DNA of 63,353 nucleotides, the filler included, from Octopus bimaculoides (Eukaryota): the NCBI RefSeq assembly GCF_001194135.2. It is 5 parts of 5 records of this genome, joined end to end, with 100 filler letters (N's around TTAATTAATTAA, not from the genome) between each part and the next. Parts side by side here need not be neighbours in the genome. Positions count along the whole stretch, not along the records: positions 43,736 to 54,802 come from NC_068986.1; positions 54,903 to 62,024 come from NC_069007.1; positions 62,125 to 63,353 come from NW_026364024.1; 2 more parts are not named here. The stretch is one strand, 5' to 3'. Of the stretch, positions 51,371-62,866 are shown in pieces (positions within the stretch are counted from its first letter, which is position 1; each line of letters starts with the position of its first letter). The translations under genes and the position numbers were made by a program. The notes beneath the pieces are model-generated. The model was not told the origin of the DNA and did not search any database. It saw nothing but the letters and a program-made list of their open reading frames with translations.

Positions 51371-51651
51371 TACAATAAGAATAATCAACATTTCTACCAA
51401 AGTAGAAACACTATATAATTTTCACAGTTTCAATAATAATAGTAATAAATAAGGGCATAACTACAGGTTACAACACTTAAATGCTCATCTATCAATTATG
51501 CTGAGAGGAATTGTAATACTGATAGAACATAATTCACGAGCACCTCCGAACATTATATTGAGTACAGTTTCAGTTTATTTTCTCCAAGGATTGGCATTAT
51601 ATTTAAGGAAGAGGAATGTAACGATATGGGAATATACAAAGATAATGTTAC

Positions 51652-51747
51652 CTTTCTATCCAAAATTTGTGAAAGATGTACATAAGTAACTATTGAGGCT
51701 GTGAATATCACTGATAAGCCGATCGTAACCTTGGCTGTCGTAGACAT
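51652..51747 (-). CDS. PET117: PET117 cytochrome c oxidase assembly factor, coding exon 1 (MSTTAKVTIGLSVIFTASIVTYVHLSQILDRK)
   Basis: 32 codons resembling the PET117 N-terminus (human MSRSSKVVLGLSVLLTAATVAGVHVKQQWDQQ, recalled from memory): single TM segment, conserved VH. Ends at a phase-0 donor AAG|GTAACA. Confidence 0.9.
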
Positions 51748-52199
51748 CAGGGTTTGTAAATATGCATTAAGAGTTATACCCCTTAGGAAAAAAAATAAAG
51801 ATTTCAATTTCATAGATATTTCAAGGATTCTTTCAATTGATTTATGACTTTGGCAGAAGACCACATTTTAGAATTGGGTATAGCCCATTAAATTGATCTA
51901 AATACTTGCTTGATACTTTATTTTATAGACTCCAGGCTACTGGTATGCCATACACGTTTTCCTTAAGTCTTCAGCTTTCATTGAAACCTGAGTAAATGTA
52001 TGTGACAGATTGGCACAGCCACCCATCCATCCATCGATACACACACACACATGGAGAGAATAAGATAGATGGACAGTAAACAGACACTGGACTGATCATT
52101 GTAACTTATTACACATGCATTCTCACGTACATATATTCATACACACACTTAAACATACATGCATACGTCTTTAAAGGGTGTGCGTATTCTTTACCTTCG

Positions 52200-52330
52200 C
52201 CGGTTCTGCAAACCAGGCTGATAGAATAAGTATCAAAAGTAAGTACTGAGGTCGATTTGTTAGATTAAAATTCTTCAAAGTAGTGCTCCAGCATGACTGC
52301 AGTTCAGTGACCGAAACACATTGAAGATAA
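52200..52330 (+). mobile_element. SINE family B, 3' half
   Basis: GATAGAATAAGTA..GTGCTCCAGCATGACTGCAG. Confidence 0.7.
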
Positions 52331-52546
52331 GAGATACGTATACATAGAAAGAGGGAGGAGCGTAGCGCATATACATCCATACACATATGCCCCGATGTTA
52401 AATAAAACATGTTATAAAGCGGGGTTAGAAAATAGCAGGCGTCAGTTAGTGAAAGAGCACCGATCTGTCTTCAGTTGCGATAACTGATTTGCTACGAAGT
52501 CTTCTCACCGATCACTTTTACAAGTTTTTTTACTATCTTTCTCACA

Positions 52547-52592
52547 ATGGCAACTACCTGTCTTCTAAGATATGTCCAGAAGGCATATTCCA
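52547..52592 (+). CDS. Candidate first coding exon of an unidentified gene divergent from PET117 (MATTCLLRYVQKAYS)
   Basis: acaATGG start context, strong donor A|GTAAGC, upstream TCAGTT initiator-like motifs at 52442 and 52471, locally CpG-richer sequence. No second exon identified. Confidence 0.45.
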
Positions 52593-53335
52593 GTAAGCCT
52601 CATTTATCTTTCGTTTGTACATGTGTGTGTGTGTATTATGTATGTATGTGTATATATATATATATATATATACATAATCATGTTTGAAAACCTTTCTGTA
52701 GAGGCATATTTGTTTACTTTCTATTTTCTCTCTCTTTTACATGTTACTTGAATTTTTAATCAAAACAACGTAATTAGTACTATTAAATCTTGGGAGAGGC
52801 ATTATGCCGGTAATAAACACACGCACTCGTTCGATCCTTTATTTATTTAGAAACAGTATTAATAATGCCTCTCTCAAGGTTTAATAGTATTTCGTTCAAC
52901 ACACGTATTCACATCAAGAATCTTGCACACCAAATATACATACGAAAAAAGTAATTAGTGATTTACAAGCTTTATATTTCAGCGTTAAAAGTTACTGCAA
53001 CTCTTCTATCTATAATGGTATCCTTTTATTGTTTTAGCGCAATATTCCTAAATAAATAAGTTTACCACTTCCTTCTAACCACTTATATATATTCTCATAT
53101 GTTATTTAAAATGTTTAGCTGAGTGGCTAGGGCCTATTGATCGAGTAACTATCTCTCCAGGGGTGTGTAGATCTTCATTAATGTCGTTTAGCACTTATCT
53201 AAGATGATAGGAAATGATTTACCTGCTACTTCTAGCAGATCAAGCAACCACGTAGAGTCTGCTTCGTTGGCCCATAAATTGCTTTCATAGACCTAACGAG
53301 GTGGATGACCCCAAATATCTCTTGTTTACTCTGTA

Positions 53336-53551
53336 CAATAATCCCTCGACTATCGCGGGTGTTACGTTCCAAAAAAAAAACCCGTGATAGATGAAAATCT
53401 GCGAAGTAGAAACAGTACTGTAAAAATTATTCTTACAATCTGTATATATTTATTTTATTATTATAATTGGAAAACAACACCACGGAGGAATCGGCGTAAG
53501 CTTAACTAATAAACTGGTGTAGGTGAACCGCGATATAGCGAGGGATTACTG
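53336..53551. mobile_element. Tigger/pogo-like MITE
   Basis: TA|CA(A/G)TAATCCCTCG..ATCGCGG TIRs with TA TSD; a partial second copy lies at 61151-61312. Confidence 0.85.
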
Positions 53552-54752
53552 TATTTCTTTCTCGCACCCAATCAAAGTTTCTTGATATTTTGATTATAAA
53601 CACCATTCAAGGTCTTAGTTCACAAAGTAATACGTGTAAACCAAGGAATGTAGCTTTTTTTTTTATTTTCATTTGTCATAGGGTCGTATGTTCAGTGAAG
53701 TTGATTCAATTTAATCAGTCAAATTAAAGCTATACCATCAAGTTCATCGAATAGTTATATAACACTTTATTTTTTCTTTGTTTCGCGGAATGGTGCTGGT
53801 TAAGAACGTGTATACACACTACCCATTTTCGGTGGATTTTTTTTTTTTTCAAAAATTTTTTCGGATTTCTATGTTTTCGATATAGAATACGATTTTGCCC
53901 AAAAACCACGTTTTCAAAATTTTAATTTCCCCCACCCCAATTTATTAATTGCTTCTGTGATGCCCAATACTCAAAAGGTGCTTTTTATGTGCCACCAGCA
54001 CAGGTGCCAGTTACATGACACCACCATCAGCTTTGACAACGATTTCAATTGGCTTGACAGGTCTTCTCAAGCAAGGCATATCACAAAAGGTCTCAGTCAC
54101 TGGTCATTGCCTCTGTGAGGCCCAACGTTTGAGTATATGCATATATATGTGATAATTTCTGTCTGTCTGTTATCCTCTTGCTGCCCAAACCTGGGAACCA
54201 ATCTTTACTAAACTTTGTATACATGTTGAACTAACATCCAGTTCAATTATAGGCTAATTGGATTTCAATAAAAAATCCATATTTGATTGACTAGAGGGGT
54301 TGGGCTATTACATGATAAAATGAGAGGGGTGCAAAAATTTTGGATTCAGGGATATGTGACATAATGAGGATGGCTGATATCAGAAGGGAAGGAGATAGGA
54401 TGAGATAGACGCACAAGGAATGTGAGAGACAGAGAGAACGATACACAGGGATGTCTTCCATATATATAAAAGACAGTTTGTGTGTGTGTGTGTGCATGTG
54501 CTTGTCTTCCTTATGCATTCGAAAACCCAGTTGCTAATTTTGATGTATGGGGTATCAAAAGATTCAGTAATTTTATGACTACCAAATAAACTTTATTTTC
54601 ATTTACTTATTTGCATTACAAAGATTTTACATTATAACCTTTTCTATAAGTCAACTATTGTAAACATTTTATACCACAATGACGTCACATTTTCTATATG
54701 AGTGTGTACTTTAAAAGACATCCATTTCTCTATATGTTATGACAAAATACAG

Positions 54753-54802
<50 letters not shown>

Positions 54803-54902
54803 NNNNNNNNNNNNNNNNNNNNNNNNNNNNNNNNNNNNNNNNNNNNTTAATTAATTAANNNNNNNNNNNNNNNNNNNNNNNNNNNNNNNNNNNNNNNNNN
54901 NN

Positions 54903-55060
54903 AAGAACTCATCGATGAAAATCCACTGTCACATATAGAAAAATTAATAATTAAAAGCACAATAAATGAGTATAATTTAATACAAAGTAAATATCATTTA
55001 TTGTGCTTTTAATTATTAATTTTTCTATATGTGACAGTGGATTTTCATCGATGAGTTCTT
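54903..55060. repeat. Perfect 67-bp inverted repeat with 24-nt spacer at a contig start
   Basis: Arms at 54903-54969 and 54994-55060, compared base by base. Confidence 0.95.
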
Positions 55061-55329
55061 GAAACTTGGTTCTTTTCCCTAAAACTATATATTTATATAT
55101 CTCTCTCTATATATATATATACATACATACATATATATATATTTATATATACACCCATACGCACTTAAGTTTGAGTTCTAATTTCCTGTATACATCACCA
55201 AACCTATATATGTATGTGCAGACAGATGTGAATGTGTGTGTTTGTGTGCACATATGCTGGTTCAAGTAGAATAAACAGCCTGACAAATGAAATAACTAAT
55301 CACAGAATCTAATGATGCTGCTTCAAGAG

Positions 55330-55931
55330 CAGCAAGTTAAGTCAATCACATTAACCCCCCAGTACTCAACTGGTGCTTATTTTATTGACCGCCCCCAAAG
55401 GACAAAAGGCAAAGCTGACCTGGGCAGAATTTGAACTCAGGACATTGAGACACACGAAAAACGTTTCTGCCAGCTCCACCTTAGAATATATCTAATAATC
55501 CTGTCTACAAAAGACACACGGCCTGAAATTTCGGTGGGGAAGGGACCAGTCAATCACATCAGCCCCAGTGTTTCACTGATACTTATTTTATCAACCCCCA
55601 AAAGGATAAATGACAAAGTCGACCTCAGCGGAATTTGAACTCAGAACGTAAAGACAGACGAAATACCGCTAAGCATTTTGACCAGCGTGCTAACAATTCT
55701 TATTTCTTTATTGCCCACAAGGGGCTAAACATAGAGGGGACAAACAAGGACAGACAAATGGGTTAAGTTGATTACATCGACCCCAGTGCGTAACTGGTAC
55801 TTAATTTATCTACCCCGAAAGGATGAAAGGCAAAGTCGACCTCGGCGGAATTTGAACTCAGAACGTAATGGCAGACGAAATACCGCTAAGTATTTCGTCC
55901 GGCGTGCTAACGATTCTGCCAACTCACCGCC
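55330..55931 (-). mobile_element. Three tandem SINE family A copies, including an A2-A1 dimer
   Basis: Junction ..AAATAAGAA|TTGTTAGCAC at about 55696. Confidence 0.85.
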
Positions 55932-55954
55932 TTAGAGTATAACTAATAATGACG

Positions 55955-56095
55955 TTAGGAAGGGCATCCAGCCATAGAAACCATACCAAATCAGACTGGA
56001 GCTGGTGCAGCCTTCTGGCTTGCCAGCCCTGGTCAAACTGTCCAACCCATGCCAGCATGGACAACGGAAGATAAATGACGATGGTGAATGAGAGC
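55955..56095 (+). mobile_element. RTE-type 3' tail/SINE fragment
   Basis: GTTAGGAAGGGCATCCAGCC..CCAACCCATGCCAGCATGG followed by a (GAT)-like tail. Confidence 0.6.
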
Positions 56096-56194
56096 AGTAG
56101 GAGAATAATCTACACGGTGGATTAAATATAGAATTTGGCTCGTATTTAGGTTGAAGGTTACAGCAGTTAAAACACTGGGACAATAACAAACCAC

Positions 56195-56330
56195 TAATCT
56201 ACAGCTGATGAAGGGGATGTTTCTATGTGGCCTGCTTGTTTGTTGCACCTTGTTTACCATTTTGTCTTTGTTCTTTTGCCACGTCATGTACCCAGTTATG
56301 TATCTATATGTACATGTAGATGAACGTATA
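56195..56330 (+). mobile_element. GTACCCATATAT-end family copy, diverged
   Basis: CAGCTGATGAAGGGG..ACGTCATGTACCCAG. Confidence 0.5.
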
Positions 56331-56397
56331 TACATACATGTACATATATATGCATATACTCATATATTGTTTTNNNNNNNNNNCATATATATATACA

Positions 56398-56782
56398 GGC
56401 GCAGGAGTGGCTGTGTGGTAAGTAGCTTGCTTACCAACCACATGGTTCCGGGTTCAGTCCCACTGCGTGGCACCTTGGGCAAGTGTCTTCTACTATAGCC
56501 TCGGGCCGACCAAAGCCTTGTGAGTGGATTTGGTAGACGGAAACTGAAAGAAGCCCATCATATATATGTATGTCTGTGTATGTGTGTTTGTCCCCCCAAC
56601 ATCGCTTGACAACCGATGGTGGTGTGTTTACGTCCCCGTAACTTAGCGGTTCGGCAAAAGAGACCGATAGAATAAGTACTAGGCATCCAAAGAATAAGTC
56701 CTGGGGTCGATTTGCTCGACTAAAGGCGGTGCTCCGGCATGGCCACAGTCAAACGACTGAAACAAGTAAAAGAGTAAAAGAA
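56398..56782 (+). mobile_element. Intact composite SINE family B (reference copy for this window)
   Basis: tRNA-like head GGCGCAGGAGTGGCTGTGTGGTAAG..GGTTCAGTCCC, short microsatellite at 56560-56585, 3' half ending in GAGTAAAA repeats. Confidence 0.9.
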
Positions 56783-57260
56783 TATATATACTGTGCGTGC
56801 GTGCGTGAGTTAGTGAGTGAGTGTGTGTGATTTGTGGAGGGTGTTTTTGTACAAATATATACAAATGTGAAGTGGTTTAGAAGTATTCAATGATATACGG
56901 TTGTCATATGACACCTCCGAGGGAGTGTATGTACGGGTGTGTGTGTGTGTGTGTGTCAATATACACAAGGAGTAGGTATAAATATAAGTGTATACATATG
57001 GTATGCATTTGTTTCTCTTGTGTATATAAAACTTTGTGTACTTTACTGTACAAAAAGTATGTTATGAAATTAGATGGGTGCGTGTGTGTGTGTGCATAAT
57101 ATATATAGAGAGAGAGAGAGGAGGGAGACACACAGACAGATTCTCAGTGTGTGTGATCGAAGCTAGTATGGACAAACGGGCGTCTGAATATACATGATAA
57201 ATATTATATACGTATAATACACACGCATACACATATACTATCTCTATGCATATATATATA

Positions 57261-57313
<53 letters not shown>

Positions 57314-58613
57314 TGACACACATTCTCTATTTCTATTATATATACATAGATACACACACACACACACATGCAATAACCTAAGAATAGTGAAAACGGAGCG
57401 AAATATTTTATAAACTTCGAATAAACGAATGTATATANNNNNNNNNNNNNNNNNNNNNNNNNNNNNNNNNNNNNNNNNNNNNNNNNNNNNNNNNNNNNNN
57501 NNNNNNNNNNNNNNNNNNNNNNNNNNNNNNNNNNNNNNNNNNNNNNNNNNNNNNNNNNNNNNNNNNNNNNNNNNNNNNNNNNNNNNNNNNNNNNNNNNNN
57601 NNNNNNNNNNNNNNNNNNNNNNNNNNNNNNNNNNNNNNNNNNNNNNNNNNNNNNNNNNNNNNNNNNNNNNNNNNNNNNNNNNNNNNNNNNNNNNNNNNNN
57701 NNNNNNNNNNNNNNNNNNNNNNNNNNNNNNNNNNNNNNNNNNNNNNNNNNNNNNNNNNNNNNNNNNNNNNNNNNNNNNNNNNNNNNNNNNNNNNNNNNNN
57801 NNNNNNNNNNNNNNNNNNNNNNNNNNNNNNNNNNNNNNNNNNNNNNNNNNNNNNNNNNNNNNNNNNNNNNNNNNNNNNNNNNNNNNNNNNNNNNNNNNNN
57901 NNNNNNNNNNNNNNNNNNNNNNNNNNNNNNNNNNNNNNNNNNNNNNNNNNNNNNNNNNNNNNNNNNNNNNNNNNNNNNNNNNNNNNNNNNNNNNNNNNNN
58001 NNNNNNNNNNNNNNATAGCCATTCCGCATCACCACCAAATACCACCATCATCAGACTACCAATAAATTTATCAACCTCATTATAGACAGCAATAAAAAAA
58101 TAATTGATGATTATTATCATTACAATATTAAAAAAAAACATCATCATCGTTATTATTATTATTATTATTATCGTCTACATCATTATTATTAATTTAAAAA
58201 GCCAGACATTAATTATATATGACGATATAAGGTGGGGAGGCGAGGTGAATGGTGAAGAAATATTTATGTCCTTTGACAAAAACAAAATCTCACAAATAAC
58301 ATTCCAGGCATTTAATCTAATCTATGATATCGTACAAGACAGCACTTGGTGTGTTTTCTCGTTGACTGTAACCCCATACAGACCCTTATATATGGTAGAA
58401 GGTCTTTTTAGAGCTTTAATTATACTTAGGTGATTGACCTGTGTTTATAGGGATGTAATAAGACTACATAATGTATTTGTTGCATACAATCGTAAGTTAA
58501 GTGGGCGGGGAACTGGTTGGAGAGAGGTTTAGCTACTATTCTGGGTGGTTCGGGTAATCATATAGAGAGAGATTCCTTCGTTCGTTCGTTTATGTATGGG
58601 AATATGTATATGG

Positions 58614-58755
58614 AAGGTAATTGAAGAATTTAGAAACCAACAAAGGTGAGGCAGGTAACTTTTTTTTTAGCTCGATTTGCAACAAAGAACAACCAAATCT
58701 TCCCCCTAAAGTTGCAGCCTTACCTTTGTTGGTTTCTAAATTCTTCAATTACCTT
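58614..58755. repeat. Hairpin with perfect 34-bp arms
   Basis: AAGGTAATTGAAGAATTTAGAAACCAACAAAGGT at 58614-58647 and its reverse complement at 58722-58755. Confidence 0.9.
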
Positions 58756-58930
58756 TGTGTATGTGTGTATGTGTGTGTTTGAAAGAGAGCCTATAGTGTA
58801 ATGCATCGAGCAGTTCTTTGTATGATGGAATATAAAACATAAACACATAAACATACTCATAGATATACACACACACATACAGATACATACACATAAATAT
58901 ACACACACATACTCATAAATATACACACAT

Positions 58931-58978
<48 letters not shown>

Positions 58979-59140
58979 GCGCGCACGCGTGTATTATAAT
59001 TTCTACGTGGGTTAACATATATAAATATAAGATCAGTCAGACGTAGTGTTGACGTATATACATATATATATATATATACACACAAAGATGTATAAATTTC
59101 TTCCCGAAAACAAACATGCATACATGCATATATATACACG

Positions 59141-59201
<61 letters not shown>

Positions 59202-59265
59202 GGAGATGATGATGATATATATATATATGAAATAAATATATACTTATATATATATATATACTTAC

Positions 59266-59281
59266 AGTCTGCCAACTCCAT
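59266..59281 (-). CDS. Candidate first coding exon or uORF exon (MELAD, phase 1)
   Basis: ataATGG context, consensus donor T|GTAAGT, promoter-like motifs just upstream. Too short to identify. Confidence 0.3.
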
Positions 59282-59284
59282 TAT

Positions 59285-59375
59285 TGTCCAGCAGGAAGTT
59301 ATGGCATCACTTGACAGAAGCTTTTTTTTGTGTGAGTGTTTGACTCAACAAATAAGACGGAACCGGAAATGATGG
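59285..59375. promoter_or_regulatory. Promoter-like motif cluster (ETS CCGGAA and CAGGAAGT, AP-1 TGACTCA)
   Basis: CCGGAA at 59363-59368, CAGGAAGT at 59292-59299, TGACTCA at 59341-59347, inside a small unique island between microsatellites. Confidence 0.3.
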
Positions 59376-59749
59376 AGACGATGGAGAAGAAAGGGGTGTA
59401 TACGAAAGCATGTATGTATATATATGTATGTATATGTATGTATAGTGTCTGTATATTTATATGACAAGACAGCTGTAACTAAGTAAATGCAATTATCTTG
59501 TTCTAATTAATTATGTATATAATATATAATACAAACACACACACACACAGATAATATATATATAATTATATTTTATATTTCATTTAGATATTTATATATA
59601 CTTATATATATATTATATATTTATGTTAAGATAATATAAAGTGCTCTTGCACTTTGGCACAACAAGGGAGATCACTGTATTGTTACGTGTGTTCACAAGC
59701 TGAAGAGTGGAACTAATAAAAAGGTAGGAGACCCGAGGTTAGAAGAGAC

Positions 59750-60495
59750 AGGACCAATCGATTACGTCGATCCCGATTGTCAACCGCTACGTATTTTATC
59801 GACCCAGAAAGGATGGAAAGCAAAGTCGAGCTCGGACAAGATGCCGCTAAGCATTTTATCTAGCGTGCCGTAAACGATTCTCCCAGCTCGACGTCTTTAA
59901 GCCATAAAATATATTATCGTACAACTAAAGTTATTGGCTTTGCATCAAACTTTGAAACCATGTAAAAGGCGAAAGGGCTCTATACCCCTTTCTTATTTTT
60001 CTGACCAGGCTCCCGTGGCTTTTATGGGGTTTTTTCCACGTGTAACCTTTCGAAGCGCCTCCCCCTATTGGGGGTTTTATTTGTTATATCTTTCTCTGTT
60101 ATTCCTCACTGTTTACACGAACGTTTTCTACCTTTCTGACAAAACCCTTTGTAACCTTCGTACATATTTTTGATTTATATTTGCCCTTGTGGCCAATAAA
60201 ACAGAATTTATTATTATTATTATTATTATTATTATCTTGCGCCTCATCCCCACAAATTGCAGGCCTTGAATAGAGGTGATAATGGTTTTGGAAATTTTAG
60301 CACAAGGTCAGCAATTTTAGGGACAGGGATAAGTCGCTCACATCGACCCCAGTGTTGACTGGTTCTTATTTCATCGTCTCAGAAAGGATGAAAGGTAAAA
60401 TCGGAGGAATTTGGGCTCAGAACATAATGACAGATGAAATGCAGCTAAGCATTTTGTCCGGCGTGCTACCGATTCTGCTAGCTCACTGCCTTGAG
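59750..60495. mobile_element. Two SINE family A copies (minus 59750-59895 and 60285-60495) flanking an unidentified (TTA)n-tailed retroelement end (plus, 59935-60235)
   Basis: Family A motifs on both sides; AATAAA followed by a (TTA)n tail in the middle piece. Confidence 0.6.
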
Positions 60496-60639
60496 TGAAG
60501 GCAATAATGTTGTTGTTTATCTTCATGCCCCTTTTTATTTGAGTAAATAGCAAGCAGATCGTCTGTCTCAAAATCCAAATGTAGCATCAAGCAATCTGAA
60601 GGTCGTGAGTTCGATCCTCACTCAAGGCAGATCTTTAGG

Positions 60640-61000
60640 TGCAGGCGTGGCTGTGTAGTAAGAAATTTGCTTCCCTATCTCACAGTACCAGGTTCAGTCC
60701 CACTGCGTGGCACCTTGAGCAAGTGTTTCCTACTATAGCTTCTGGCCGTCTAAATCCTTGTGAGTGGATTTTTGGTTAACGGAAATTGAAAGAAGCCTTT
60801 TGTTGTGTAGGTGTTTGTCACCCACCACTGCTTGCAACCTGTGTTGGTGCGTTTACATTCCCGAAACTTAGCAGTTCGGCAAAAAGACCAATAGAATAAG
60901 TACCAAGCTTAAAGCAAAAACTAATTACTGGGGTTGATTCCTTCAACAAAAATTCTTCAAGGTGGTATCCCACTATCGAATGACTGAATGAAGCAAAAGA
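60640..61000 (+). mobile_element. Composite SINE family B
   Basis: Collinear with the copy at 56398. Confidence 0.8.
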
Positions 61001-61311
61001 GATAATATCTTTGTGTGCGCATGCATACACACATCCAAACAAACAAACAAAACCAGAAAGGAGAAACCTGATTCGAAGACTACAGATCCAAGCCATCACT
61101 GGAACAATAAAAGTTTGTAAAGCTTTCCAGAAGTTTACCCTTAAAGTAAACAGTAATTCCTCAACTATTACAGGTGTTACATTCTAAAACCCCTGCGATA
61201 GGTAAAAATCTGTGATGTAGAAACAGTACTGTACTGTATATTTTTTTTTTTTTCTAATTTGTATATATTTATTTTATTATAAATGCAAAACAACACCGCA
61301 GAGGAATCAAC

Positions 61312-62025
61312 GAGGCTATAGAAAAAGACACTTGCCCAAGGTGCCATGCAGTGGGACTGACCCTGGAACCATGTGGTTGGGAAGCAAGCTTCTTACCACA
61401 AAGCCACGCCTGGTCTTTTTATTCTTTTATTTGTTTGTCATTTGATTGCGGCCATGCTGGAGCACCGTCTTTAGTCAAACAAATTGACCCCAGGACTTAT
61501 TCTTTGTAAGCCTAGTACTTATTCTATCAGTCACTTTTTGCCGAACCGCTAGGTTACAGGGACGTAAACACACCAGCATCGGTTGTCAAGCAATGGTGGG
61601 GGGACAAACACAGACACACAAACATATACACACATATATACATAGATATATACATGGATATATATGATGGACTTCTTTCACTTCCTTATTTCTTTATTGC
61701 CCACAAGGGGCTAAATAAACATAGAGGGGACAAACAAGGACAGACAAAGGGATTAAGTCGACCCCTGTGCGTAACTAGTACTTAATTTATCGACCCCGAA
61801 AGAAGAAAGGCAAAGTTGACCTCGGCAGAATTTGAACTCAGAATGTAGCGGCAAATGAAATACCGCTAAGCATTTCGCCCGGTGTGCTAACGATTCTGCC
61901 AGCTTGACACCTTTCAGTTTCTGTCTACCAAATCCACTCACAAGGCTTTGGTCAGCCTGAGGCTATAGTAAAAGACATTTATTTGCCCAAGGTGCCATGC
62001 AGTGGGACTGAACCCAGAATCATGN
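61312..62025 (-). mobile_element. SINE nest: family B head, then a family B copy interrupted by family A (61681-61911)
   Basis: CTTTCA at 61675-61680 and 61911-61916 flanks the inner SINE. Confidence 0.8.
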
Positions 62026-62179
62026 NNNNNNNNNNNNNNNNNNNNNNNNNNNNNNNNNNNNNNNNNNNTTAATTAATTAANNNNNNNNNNNNNNNNNNNN
62101 NNNNNNNNNNNNNNNNNNNNNNNNGTGAAAGCACGTTATAAAAATAAAACTACTGAACAATTATAATAATAATATGAAA

Positions 62180-62675
62180 GCTTACAAGAAGATCTGGAAT
62201 ATTTAGTTAAAGTTACTAATGGTACAAACACAACCATTGTAGCATTACTAGGAAGAAATTACTTAACCAACTATACAAGGGGGAAATAAAAGATAAGTGG
62301 CGATGGAGGCAGTAATAGATATTGTTTAAGATTATATTTAAAATATTAAAATTAATAACATACTGATTTGAAGCGAAGAATGTAAACATGATAAATAAAA
62401 TATCATTGCCTTGTAATATATTAATATACGGATGATAACGCAAATCAATGGTAGAACAATGTACAAGATATTTTGTTGAGAAATAATAATAACAATTATA
62501 TACATGCTTACAAGGAGAGGTTCGGGCATATTTAGTTAAAGTTACTAGTGGTACAAAGACAGCTAATGTAACATTACTGGGAAGGAATTACTTAACCAAC
62601 TATAGAAGGGGAAAATAAAAGACAAGTTGGCGATGGATGCAGAAATAGGTATTATTTAAGATTATATTAAAAGAT
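62180..62675. repeat. Diverged direct repeat (about 165-bp similar core, period 326 bp) 3' of the Penelope ORF
   Basis: GCTTACAAG..ATATTTAGTTAAAGTTACTA..AATTACTTAACCAACTATA at 62180 and 62506. Confidence 0.8.
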
Positions 62676-62749
62676 ATTATTCAGAGGAGATTTGGTAAAA
62701 AAATAAAGGCAATGATAATAAAAATAATTAAAAAAATTTTTTAAATAAA

Positions 62750-62809
<60 letters not shown>

Positions 62810-62832
62810 TATAATAATTATAATTATAATTA
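62750..62832. repeat. (TAA)n microsatellite
   Basis: Direct reading. Confidence 0.95.
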
Positions 62833-62866
62833 TACCTAAAACCTTAAACTAGTTGGAAGAATGGAA

